Positions 45,350-54,072 of a stretch of DNA of 64,000 bases are shown one piece after another. The stretch is taken from NCBI GenBank assembly GCA_015233405.1, contig JADFXT010000012.1, forward strand, positions 2,075 to 66,074. The letters are read 5' to 3'. Numbering within the stretch: position 1 is the stretch's first letter; each line of letters starts with the position of its first letter. The position numbers were made by a program, and so were the translations under genes. The notes beneath the pieces are model-generated. The model did no database searches. It saw only the letters and a list, made by a program, of their open reading frames with translations, and was not told the origin of the DNA. This stretch comes from Candidatus Omnitrophota bacterium. GTDB lineage: Bacteria; Omnitrophota; Gorgyraeia; Zapsychrales; Zapsychraceae.

Positions 45350-47116
45350 ATGTTTGTAAAGTTTGATAAATTGGAACATAAAAAGACGCTGCTTGAAATC
45401 GCGATCGTTACGGTTGTTTTATTGATCGCTTTATTTGTAGGATTCTATGACGCAGACAATCTGACGCATCCCTTGCATGGAGATCTTCTAATCGAGGGCA
45501 ATGCAGTCTTTAATATACACAACCATATCCCTTTTGAGGTCGACGGAAAACTTCAATGGATCGATGAACGGTCGTATTATTTTTATGTCTCTCCGTTAAA
45601 CTATTATTTTAAGGCTCTTTTCTGGAATAATTCCAGAAATTATATTGATAATTCGACCCCGCCAGTGGTTTGGGGCGTTTTATTTACTTATCTAATGACA
45701 TATTTTTTTGCCCGCCGGTATTTTGGGCAGAAAGTGGCTACCACGGCTCTTTTTTTAATGGCCTTATCGTCATATTGGTATAACTATGTCATTAGAAGCC
45801 TGTATTGTCCCTGGGCGTTTCTCCCCGGAATAACGATCTTGGTTTATTGGCTATATTTATCGTTTCATAAAACCGGCCGGTTTAAACTCATGTTATTAGC
45901 TGGTTTTCTCGCGGGGTTAGCGTTTTATTTTGTAACTTGGCCGTTCGTGATTTTTGTTATCCCGTCGATATTCCTTTTGATATTCTTCTTTCCTTTTCAA
46001 AAAAACGCCATCGCAAAACGTTTCTTGGGCTTTCTGATTTTTATAGGAGTATTTGCTTTTATCGTTGCAGCTAAAGAACTCATATTTAACATGACTGGAT
46101 TAAGATATAAGGGCGATGCGAGTGGCGTGGAGACTTTCTGTCAGATATTTTTTCAAGGACGATGGAATGATGAAAAAATAGCTGGGGCGTTTTCTTTGAT
46201 CAACGTGATCAAAAAAGCCGGGTTAAATTTTATATCCGTGCTTAGGATGATTTTCATCCCTACGGACATTTATCCCGGAGGGAACCTGGTTTTCGTAAAA
46301 CCTTTAGACGTGGTGTTGCCTTTAATGACTCCTTTGGTGACTGCCTCTCTTGTGCCGGGGATGATATGGATGTTTATTAAAAAAAATAAGGATTGCGTCT
46401 TTAAAATCTTGCCGTTTGTTGTTGTGGTCACGGTTTGTATGCTCTCCGGCATGCTTGCGGCGCCCGCACCGAGATATTTGCTTACGATTTTTCCGTTTGT
46501 CTATATTATCGCTGCCTACGTTATCGTCGGAATTTACGAATATGTTAAAAATGACCTGAGAAGAAAACAGTTATTTATCGCTTTTGTTTCTTGTTTCATC
46601 CTCTTTAACGCTAAAGAAACATTCAGCGATTATATGGGCAAGGTTTTACCGATATATTTTAAATTCGAATATAACTGTTATAACAGCATTCAATGGCCTT
46701 TTGATGATTTAAAGAAGTTTTTAAATGACAAGCGTGAAGATTATGATATCGTTGTCATTCCAAATAATTTTACTCCGCAGATGATCAGCTTTTTTAGATT
46801 GTGGCCGTGGTTCGTTCAGGTCGACGGAAAGCCGCCGGTTAAGGTCCTTGCGTCCTATGATGGCGTGAGGAAAGGTTTGGCCTATCTTAGGCAGGCTCGG
46901 TTTAAGAAGATGCTCATCATTGCCAATACGTATAACCGTTTGCTGAACGATGAGATTTGTCCAGGCTGGTCCAATCTTGTGCCTTTTGATAAGACGGCCA
47001 TTACAGAGCCTGAGACGAAAATTTTATTTCCGCAGGCAAAGTTCATAAAGTATGTAGGGTGTAAGCAGTATCCTAATATGTTGGCGTTGTTTGAAGTTGA
47101 GGGACCCATTAAATAA
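45350..47116 (+). CDS. Polytopic membrane protein, ArnT/PMT (GT39/83)-like GT-C candidate
   Basis: More than 10 TM helices. Acidic YDAD motif in the first extracytoplasmic loop. C-terminal soluble domain of about 190 aa. Confidence 0.45.
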   Translation: MFVKFDKLEHKKTLLEIAIVTVVLLIALFVGFYDADNLTHPLHGDLLIEGNAVFNIHNHIPFEVDGKLQWIDERSYYFYVSPLNYYFKALFWNNSRNYIDNSTPPVVWGVLFTYLMTYFFARRYFGQKVATTALFLMALSSYWYNYVIRSLYCPWAFLPGITILVYWLYLSFHKTGRFKLMLLAGFLAGLAFYFVTWPFVIFVIPSIFLLIFFFPFQKNAIAKRFLGFLIFIGVFAFIVAAKELIFNMTGLRYKGDASGVETFCQIFFQGRWNDEKIAGAFSLINVIKKAGLNFISVLRMIFIPTDIYPGGNLVFVKPLDVVLPLMTPLVTASLVPGMIWMFIKKNKDCVFKILPFVVVVTVCMLSGMLAAPAPRYLLTIFPFVYIIAAYVIVGIYEYVKNDLRRKQLFIAFVSCFILFNAKETFSDYMGKVLPIYFKFEYNCYNSIQWPFDDLKKFLNDKREDYDIVVIPNNFTPQMISFFRLWPWFVQVDGKPPVKVLASYDGVRKGLAYLRQARFKKMLIIANTYNRLLNDEICPGWSNLVPFDKTAITEPETKILFPQAKFIKYVGCKQYPNMLALFEVEGPIK

Positions 47117-47172
47117 AGACAAAAGGGAAGTTTTTATTTCTTGTAAAAGAAAAAAGAGAGAACTTTGCGAAT

Positions 47173-47712
47173 ATGAAATATAAGGTGACACCAATTACTA
47201 AGAAGTCGGATATTCCCCAAAAATATCGCAATAATCCTATCGGATTATTGTTGGAGTATCATAACCTTAACCGTTTGTTTGATGTGCATTCGCAGGCGCA
47301 GCTTCTGATTGGCATGTGCATGGATAATCGTAAGCATCTTCATATGCCGGACAATTTTGCTTTCATTATTCGTTCTGGTGGGGCTAATTTGCGATATAGC
47401 GAATTTAAGGTTTCCTATGCGATTGCAGTCGGCCAGGTGCGGCATGTGGCCTTGATCGCGCACAATCATTGTGGAATGGTTAATTTGGTATCACGGAAAA
47501 AGGAATTTATCGACGGGCTAATTAAGGGCGCGGGCTGGAGCAAAGAATCGGCTGAGGAGCATTTTATGAATTTAGCCCCGATGCATGAAATAGGCAATGA
47601 AATTGATTTTATTATGAGCGAAAGCAACCGGCTAACTAAGAGATACCCTAAGATTAAAGTGGCGCCGCTGTATTACCGTGTTGAAGATAATCAGTTGTGC
47701 TGCATCTCTTAA
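47173..47712 (+). CDS. Beta-class carbonic-anhydrase-like protein
   Basis: Zn-ligand pattern CxDxR (GMCMDNR) and HxxC (AHNHCGM), plus FIIRSGGAN. Confidence 0.7.
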   Translation: MKYKVTPITKKSDIPQKYRNNPIGLLLEYHNLNRLFDVHSQAQLLIGMCMDNRKHLHMPDNFAFIIRSGGANLRYSEFKVSYAIAVGQVRHVALIAHNHCGMVNLVSRKKEFIDGLIKGAGWSKESAEEHFMNLAPMHEIGNEIDFIMSESNRLTKRYPKIKVAPLYYRVEDNQLCCIS

Positions 47713-47727
47713 GAGAAATGGGATTTT

Positions 47728-49038
47728 ATGTGTTACGCGATTCCTGGAAAAGTAGAAACGATAGATAAAAATATTGCCATCATCGATTATTTTGGGCAAA
47801 AGAAGAAAGCTATTAATGAGCTTCTTTCGCTTGTTCCGGGCGATTATGTCTATGCTCAGGGCGGGTATGTGATCCAAAAAGTCAAGCCGCATGATGCTAA
47901 AGAAATCCTCGAGGCATGGCAGGAGATGTTTGTTCAGCTCCAGGAAGTGGATGCCAAAATTTTTCGCTTAAGCGATAAAGGCGCTGGTGAGAATTTGAAA
48001 TTACGTAATATCCTTGATAAGGCCTGCGAAGGCAAGGCGCTAAAGAATGAAGACCTAGAGTATCTATTAAATTTAAAGGACCCGGCGGAAGTCGAGCTTT
48101 TTTTAAAGGCAGCGAATTTCCTTCGCCAGAAATATCATCAAAACGCCTGCTGCGCTCATGGGATTATTGAAATTTCTAATTATTGCCGGCGAGGTTGTAC
48201 ATATTGTGGGATTTCGACTCATAATGGAAGCCTTAAGCGTTATCGAATGAGCCCGGACGAAATTTATTCCGCGGTGAAAGAGGCGGTTGATGTCCATGGG
48301 TTTAAGGCCATTGTTTTGCAAAGTGGGGAAGACCCGGGCTATTCTATAAAAGAGTTGGCGGAAATTATCCGTGAAATCAAGAAGCGGCATGCAGTTTTAA
48401 TTCTTATCAGCTTTGGCGAAATAGGAATTGAAGGATTAAAAGAACTTTTTGGTGCCGGTGCGCGCGGTTTATTAATGCGCTTTGAAACTTCTAATCCTGA
48501 GCTTTACCGAAAGACGCATTCCGGTCAGGAATTAGAAACCCGGCTTGAGCATATCCGGGAAGCTTATAAAATAGGATATCTTATTATTACCGGCGGATTG
48601 GTTGGGCTTCCGGGACAAACGTCAAAGGATATTATTAATGATCTATTCCTGGCAAAAGAGCTTAATGCTGAGATGTTTAGTTTTGGCCCGTTTCTGCCGC
48701 ATCCTAATACTCCGTTAGCGGGAAGTGCCGTTTTAGAAGGGGATTCTATTCTAAAAACCTTGGCTTTAGCGCGCTTTGTAGCCTTGCCAGAGTCTAAGAT
48801 TTTAGTGACCACGGCTTTTGAAACTTTAACGCCGTCCGCTCGAGAACAGGGACTTTTGGCTGGAGCGAATTCCTTGATGCTTAATGTGACTCCGCTTAAA
48901 TATCGCGCTCTTTATTCAATTTATCCCAAGCGGGCCCATGAGTTGGAATCCATTGATATTCAAGTCAAAGACGTTATAATGCTTTTAAAGTCTTTGGGCC
49001 GAGTTCCTACGGATTTGGGGATCAGTCAAGGGGGCTAA
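47728..49038 (+). CDS. Fusion protein: N-terminal HypC/HupF-like domain + HydE/PylB/BioB-type radical SAM domain
   Basis: N-terminus MCYAIPGKVETID..PGDYVYAQGGYVIQKV (HypC signature with Cys2). Then ISNYCRRGCTYCGIS, VLQSGED, RFETSNPELY, GLPGQT, GPFLPHPNTPL, LAGANSLMLNVTP..YRALYSIYP (HydE-like blocks). Confidence 0.75.
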   Translation: MCYAIPGKVETIDKNIAIIDYFGQKKKAINELLSLVPGDYVYAQGGYVIQKVKPHDAKEILEAWQEMFVQLQEVDAKIFRLSDKGAGENLKLRNILDKACEGKALKNEDLEYLLNLKDPAEVELFLKAANFLRQKYHQNACCAHGIIEISNYCRRGCTYCGISTHNGSLKRYRMSPDEIYSAVKEAVDVHGFKAIVLQSGEDPGYSIKELAEIIREIKKRHAVLILISFGEIGIEGLKELFGAGARGLLMRFETSNPELYRKTHSGQELETRLEHIREAYKIGYLIITGGLVGLPGQTSKDIINDLFLAKELNAEMFSFGPFLPHPNTPLAGSAVLEGDSILKTLALARFVALPESKILVTTAFETLTPSAREQGLLAGANSLMLNVTPLKYRALYSIYPKRAHELESIDIQVKDVIMLLKSLGRVPTDLGISQGG

Positions 49039-49159
49039 AATAAATTATGGATAGTGTTTTTAAAAACATGAATTTGTGTTATACTGTGCCATCAATGAAA
49101 TAGTTATTAATTGCTTTGGGTACGAAGGCGTTTTAAGCCTAATAAGGGAGGAATATTAG

Positions 49160-49780
49160 ATGACATTTTTGCAATTATTAAAAAGCGGTGGATTTACCAT
49201 GTACGTTCTTTTAACGTGTTCTGTCATTTCTTTGACAATTATTTTTGAGCGCTTATTTTATTTCCGTTCGCGAGCAAAAATAAAAAGAGAAGAGTTTATG
49301 GCCAATATTGCCAAAGAATTAAAGAAGGCCAATATTACGAATGCGATGGGGATTTGCCGGCAAACCAACACGCCTTTTTCCCGCGTAGTGCAGGAAGGAC
49401 TTAATTTATACGGACACAGTGAAACGATTATGTCCAATGGCATGGAGCGTCAAGTGACTATTCAGGTCATTCTTTTGGAAAAATTTACGAGTATCGTCGG
49501 AACGATCGGCAGCACGGCGGTCTATATCGGGCTTTTTGGAACGGTCTTAGGAATTATTCGTGCCTTTCATGATATTGCTAAAAGTAGCGTCGGTGGAATT
49601 AATGTGGTTATCAATGGTATTTCTGAAGCGTTGGTCTGCACCGCCGCGGGTTTATGTGTCGCGGTCCCAGCGGTCATTGCTTATAACTTCTTTGTAAAAC
49701 GAATCGACAGTTTCATCGCGGACATGGAATTATGCGCTTCGGAAACCTTGGATTTGCTCAATAGTGTTAAAGATAAATGA
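49160..49780 (+). CDS. MotA/TolQ/ExbB proton-channel family protein
   Basis: 3 TM layout. GLFGTVLGIIRAF and EALVCTAAGLCVAVPAVIAYNFF. Confidence 0.8.
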   Translation: MTFLQLLKSGGFTMYVLLTCSVISLTIIFERLFYFRSRAKIKREEFMANIAKELKKANITNAMGICRQTNTPFSRVVQEGLNLYGHSETIMSNGMERQVTIQVILLEKFTSIVGTIGSTAVYIGLFGTVLGIIRAFHDIAKSSVGGINVVINGISEALVCTAAGLCVAVPAVIAYNFFVKRIDSFIADMELCASETLDLLNSVKDK

Positions 49781-50190
49781 AAAGACGGGACAGAAAACAA
49801 CATTTAGTTTCAGAAATCAACATTACCCCTTTTACGGATGTGATTCTCGTTTTGCTCGTTATCTTCATGATTACGACTCCGCTTGTTCTAGAATCTCATC
49901 TTACAGTTAATCTTCCGGAGGCGAAAAGCGGTAAGGCTGGTGGTGGAGCTCATCAGGAAAAAGCCGATATCGCTTTAACGCGAGAAGGAATGATTTATTT
50001 GGATGGAAAAGTCGTTACAAGAAAGGAGCTTAAGGAGAAAATCAGATTAATGCAAAAGAACAGTCCAGATTTAAATGTTATTGTCCGCGCTGACAAACTT
50101 GTGAGATTTCAGGAGGTCGTGGATATACTTGATCCTCTGACGGAATTGGGGATCACAAAGTTAAATATCGCAGCAATTAATGAAGAGTAA
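49777..50190 (+). CDS. ExbD/TolR family biopolymer transport protein
   Basis: EINITPFTDVILVLLVIFMITTP N-terminal anchor. ATGA overlap with the upstream gene. 137 aa. Confidence 0.8.
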   Translation: MKRRDRKQHLVSEINITPFTDVILVLLVIFMITTPLVLESHLTVNLPEAKSGKAGGGAHQEKADIALTREGMIYLDGKVVTRKELKEKIRLMQKNSPDLNVIVRADKLVRFQEVVDILDPLTELGITKLNIAAINEE

Positions 50191-50204
50191 GAAAGGAGAA
50201 AACG

Positions 50205-52499
50205 ATGTTAGGTCTAATGAGTATGAACGCAAGTCCGTTTGAAGTGGGCTCTATTTGGGTGGTTTTGGTCATCGCCTTTATGGGGCTAGGGTACGCGCTT
50301 TTGCTTAGGTCCCAGGTCATGTCCTATGACAAGGGAACTGCAAAAATGCAAGAAGTTTGGAATGCCATCAAAGAGGGGGCTGATGCGTATTTAGGTCGTC
50401 AGTTGAAAAGTATTATTCCTTTGATTATTGTGCTGACCTTTGTTTTGTTCTTCTCAGTTTATATTATCCCTCCAACCGATGAAGCTTTAAAACGTTTTGC
50501 CGGATTTACTCCTGACAAAGTCAAGTTGCTCGTCGGGATTGGCCGTGCAGCTGCTTTTATCATGGGCGCGTTTTTTTCGCTGATGGTCGGGCAATTCGGG
50601 ATGCGTATGGCGGTTGAAGGCAACGTCAGAGTCGCCAGCGCCTCGCGTAGAAGTTTTGGAGAGGCTTTAAAGATCGCTTATCGTACCGGAACCATCACAG
50701 GGATGTTAACGGATGGCCTTGGTCTTTTAGGCGGAACCGTTATTTTTATGATCTTCGGTATCGCATCTCCGGACGTTCTTTTAGGTTTCGGGTTCGGTGG
50801 AACGCTTTTGGCTTTATTTATGCGTGTCGGCGGTGGGATTTACACAAAAGCAGCCGACGTTGGCGCAGACTTAGTCGGAAAAGTCGAAAAAGATATTCCG
50901 GAAGATGACCCTAGAAACGCGGCGGTTATCGCTGACCTCGTTGGAGACAACGTTGGCGATTGCGCTGGTATGGCGGCGGACATCTTTGAATCTTACGAAG
51001 TCACCATTGTTTCAGGTTTGATCTTAGGTCTTGCCTTAGTGAATATTACCCATGAATTAAAATGGATCATTTTTCCGCTTCTTGTTCGCGGGATCGGCGT
51101 TCTTTCCTCTATTATCGGGACCTATTTGGTCAAAGGGAAGAAGGGCGAAGATGAGAAGGTCGATGCCTTTGGTGCGATTAACCGCGGGTTTTATACATCC
51201 GCCGGTATTTCTATCGCCGCGTTTTTCGTTCTTGCCATGTATTATATGCATGAATGGCGCGCGTTCTTATCCGTCGCTGTTGGTATTGCGTTAGCCGTTA
51301 TTATCGATGAGGTGACAAAGTATTACACTCATACGGAACACGAACCTGTAAAAGAAATTGCCGCTAGCGCCAAGACTGGTTCGGCAACGCTTATTTTACG
51401 CGGGTTATCGATTGGGTTCGAGGCTTCAGCAGCGCAGTTAATTGTCATTGCCTTGACTATTTTTGCCGCTGTTGTGATTTATTGGGGACAACCGGTTGTC
51501 TTTATTCTTTATGGTGTGGCCATGACCGGTATCGGGATGCTTACGTTAACAGGAAATAATGTGGCCATGGACTCGTTTGGTCCTATTTCCGATAACGCCA
51601 ACGGCATCGGAGAAATGGCTCATTTGGAACCCAAGGCCCGTCAGATTATGGCAGACCTCGACGCTGTCGGAAATACTACTAAAGCCATCACCAAAGGGGT
51701 TGCTATCGGTTCAGCGGTTATCGCTGCCGTATCCCTTTTTGGTTCATTCTTAACGGATGTCACCAAAGTCCAAGCTCAAATGGGTCTTGCAGATGCGCTT
51801 AGGATTTTGTCGACGGGTATCCGTGTTTCTGAGCCCATGGTGTTTGTCGGTTTACTTATCGGAGGCGCGATTCCGCTTTTGTTCTCTGCGTTAACTATTG
51901 ATGCGGTGGCTCGTGCCGCAGCTCTGATCGTTGTCGAAGTTCGTCGACAATTCCATATCCCAGGGCTTATGGAAGGCAAAGTTGCTCCTGATTATAAGCA
52001 AGCCGTAGGAATTTGTACGGTTGCAGCACAGAAAGAACTTGTGGGCTTAGCATTAATTGCTATCGTGAGCCCGTTGTTAATTGGAATGCTTTTAGGCGTA
52101 GAGGCCTTAGGCGGGTTCTTAGCCGGTGTTATTCTCTCTGGTCAGCTGTTGGCTGTATTTATGGCCACCGCCGGAGGCGCATGGGATAATGCCAAGAAAA
52201 CAATTGAAGATGGTCTTTATGGCGGAAAAGGTTCAGAATGTCATAAGGCTGCAGTTGTCGGTGATACCGTCGGAGATCCGTTAAAGGATACTTCTGGTCC
52301 GGCGTTAAATCCGATGATCAAAGTTATTAACCTTGTTTCTCTTTTAGCTGCTCCGATCCTTGTCCAATATAAGAATTCCGATCCGCGTGTGATCACTGCG
52401 ATCATCATCTGCGGCGCGATTCTTTTTGGCGCAATCTTGTATTCGAAGCATGGTGGGATGACTTTAAAGAAAGCTAAAGGAGCTGAGGCGTTAGTTTAG
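50205..52499 (+). CDS. hppA: Membrane-bound proton-translocating pyrophosphatase, K+-independent type
   Basis: GGGIYTKAADVGADLVGKVE, DNVGDCAGMAADIFESY, GDTVGDPLKDTSGPALN. GNTTKA (Lys rather than Ala) is the K+-independent signature. Confidence 0.9.
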   Translation: MLGLMSMNASPFEVGSIWVVLVIAFMGLGYALLLRSQVMSYDKGTAKMQEVWNAIKEGADAYLGRQLKSIIPLIIVLTFVLFFSVYIIPPTDEALKRFAGFTPDKVKLLVGIGRAAAFIMGAFFSLMVGQFGMRMAVEGNVRVASASRRSFGEALKIAYRTGTITGMLTDGLGLLGGTVIFMIFGIASPDVLLGFGFGGTLLALFMRVGGGIYTKAADVGADLVGKVEKDIPEDDPRNAAVIADLVGDNVGDCAGMAADIFESYEVTIVSGLILGLALVNITHELKWIIFPLLVRGIGVLSSIIGTYLVKGKKGEDEKVDAFGAINRGFYTSAGISIAAFFVLAMYYMHEWRAFLSVAVGIALAVIIDEVTKYYTHTEHEPVKEIAASAKTGSATLILRGLSIGFEASAAQLIVIALTIFAAVVIYWGQPVVFILYGVAMTGIGMLTLTGNNVAMDSFGPISDNANGIGEMAHLEPKARQIMADLDAVGNTTKAITKGVAIGSAVIAAVSLFGSFLTDVTKVQAQMGLADALRILSTGIRVSEPMVFVGLLIGGAIPLLFSALTIDAVARAAALIVVEVRRQFHIPGLMEGKVAPDYKQAVGICTVAAQKELVGLALIAIVSPLLIGMLLGVEALGGFLAGVILSGQLLAVFMATAGGAWDNAKKTIEDGLYGGKGSECHKAAVVGDTVGDPLKDTSGPALNPMIKVINLVSLLAAPILVQYKNSDPRVITAIIICGAILFGAILYSKHGGMTLKKAKGAEALV

Positions 52500-52520
52500 T
52501 CTTTTAGAAGATTGTTCTTT

Positions 52521-52560
52521 GACGGACAGGTGAAAGGAGAAATCCTTCAGCCTGTCCGTC
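52521..52560 (+). terminator. Long hairpin after hppA (possible terminator or REP-like stem-loop)
   Basis: gacggacagg (52521-52530) pairs perfectly with cctgtccgtc (52551-52560). The inner part is aagga-GAAA-tcctt. There is no U-tract. Confidence 0.4.
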
Positions 52561-52635
52561 GGAGAAAATAAAATGTAACCATCCAGCAACAAATCCTAAC
52601 CGTTGTATAAAAGGCCAATCATTCTTTAAAAAGTC

Positions 52636-54072
52636 ATGTTATTTAATTCCATTCAATTCTTCCTTTTCTTCATCATCGTTTACGGTTTGTATTTAGCGTT
52701 TAAGCACCGTTGGCAAAACTGGCTTTTGATTGTCGCCAGCTGCTTATTTTACGCGGCATGGAATTGGAAATTCTTATTGCTGATGTTTGTGTCCATCAGT
52801 ACGGATTTCTGGTGCAGTAATTTGATCGTCCGCACAAGTGATTTGAAGAAAAGACGAGCCTGGTTGTGGTTAAGTTTGGGCGTGAACTTAGGAATTTTGG
52901 GGTTCTTTAAATATTACAATTTTTTTGCCGGTAACGTTCAGGGATTCTTACAAACGTTTCATCTGGTTTCTCCCGCGTTTAGTTTGGCCCTCAATATTGT
53001 CCTTCCCGTCGGAGTATCATTCTATACATTTGAAGCCATCAGTTACATCGTGGATGTTTATCATGAAAAAATCAAACCGGCCCAAAGGTATTGGGATTAT
53101 GTCCTTTTCGTTATTTATTTTCCGCACTTAATCGCCGGGCCCATCATGCGGGCCAAAGATTTCCTTCCGCAGATCTCTTTGCCAAGGAAAATAAGACTAG
53201 ACCAATTTTACGACGGATGTTTTTTGTTCTTCTGGGGCCTTCTTGAGAAAATCTTGATCGCGGACAACCTTGCGAAGATCGCTGACCCGATTTTTTCCGC
53301 TGTGGCGCCCTATGACGGAGGGAAGGTTTTGATTGCCCTGTATGCATTTGCGTTCCAGATCTTTTGCGATTTTGACGGATATTCTAATATGGCTCGAGGT
53401 ATGGGAAAATGCATGGGGTTTGAAATCACGATTAATTTTAAGCAGCCGTATTTCTCGACGAATCCTCAGGAATTCTGGCAACGATGGCACATCAGCCTTT
53501 CATCGTGGTTAAGGGATTATCTTTATATTCCGCTCGGAGGAAATCGTAAAGGAAAAGCGAGGACGTATATCAATCTGTTTCTGACCATGCTTTTAGGCGG
53601 CTTGTGGCATGGCGCGGCTTGGACTTTTGTCCTCTGGGGGGCGTATCAAGGCGTGTTATTGGCGATTCATCGGGTTGTATCACCTTATTTTTCTAATTTG
53701 GGAGACAATTTGTCTGAATTCTTAAAAGGATTATGGAAGCTCGCCAGGATCATTTTCTTCTTTCAATTTATTTGTTTGGGTTGGTTATTGTTTCGAGCCA
53801 CATCTTTATCGCAAGTCGGCGAGATGCTTACCGCACTCTTTAATCCGGTATCGTGGCACTTTCAATCGGATTCTTTCAATCTTTGGATGATGATCATCAC
53901 TTATATTTCCATTACTGTATTCGTCCAGTTCTTTCAATATCAGACCAATGATCAGACCGCAGCTTTAAAATGGCCGTGGCAGGCCAGGGCGGCTTTTTAT
54001 ATTTTGTGTTATTTCCTTGTCATTTTCTATGGAGTCGAGGGTGGAAAACAATTCATTTACTTTCAATTTTAA
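52636..54072 (+). CDS. MBOAT-family membrane O-acyltransferase (AlgI/DltB/PatA-like)
   Basis: FWQRWHISLSSWLRDYLYIPLGGNR with the conserved His, LGGLWHGAAW, and more than 9 TM helices. Confidence 0.85.
   Translation: MLFNSIQFFLFFIIVYGLYLAFKHRWQNWLLIVASCLFYAAWNWKFLLLMFVSISTDFWCSNLIVRTSDLKKRRAWLWLSLGVNLGILGFFKYYNFFAGNVQGFLQTFHLVSPAFSLALNIVLPVGVSFYTFEAISYIVDVYHEKIKPAQRYWDYVLFVIYFPHLIAGPIMRAKDFLPQISLPRKIRLDQFYDGCFLFFWGLLEKILIADNLAKIADPIFSAVAPYDGGKVLIALYAFAFQIFCDFDGYSNMARGMGKCMGFEITINFKQPYFSTNPQEFWQRWHISLSSWLRDYLYIPLGGNRKGKARTYINLFLTMLLGGLWHGAAWTFVLWGAYQGVLLAIHRVVSPYFSNLGDNLSEFLKGLWKLARIIFFFQFICLGWLLFRATSLSQVGEMLTALFNPVSWHFQSDSFNLWMMIITYISITVFVQFFQYQTNDQTAALKWPWQARAAFYILCYFLVIFYGVEGGKQFIYFQF

Noticed and set aside
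47728-49038. Calling the window hydrogenase-encoding on the basis of the HydE-like and HypC-like domains.
   Set aside because: There are no hydrogenase structural genes or other maturation genes within 64 kb. The fusion is reported as a curiosity, not as evidence for a hydrogenase.
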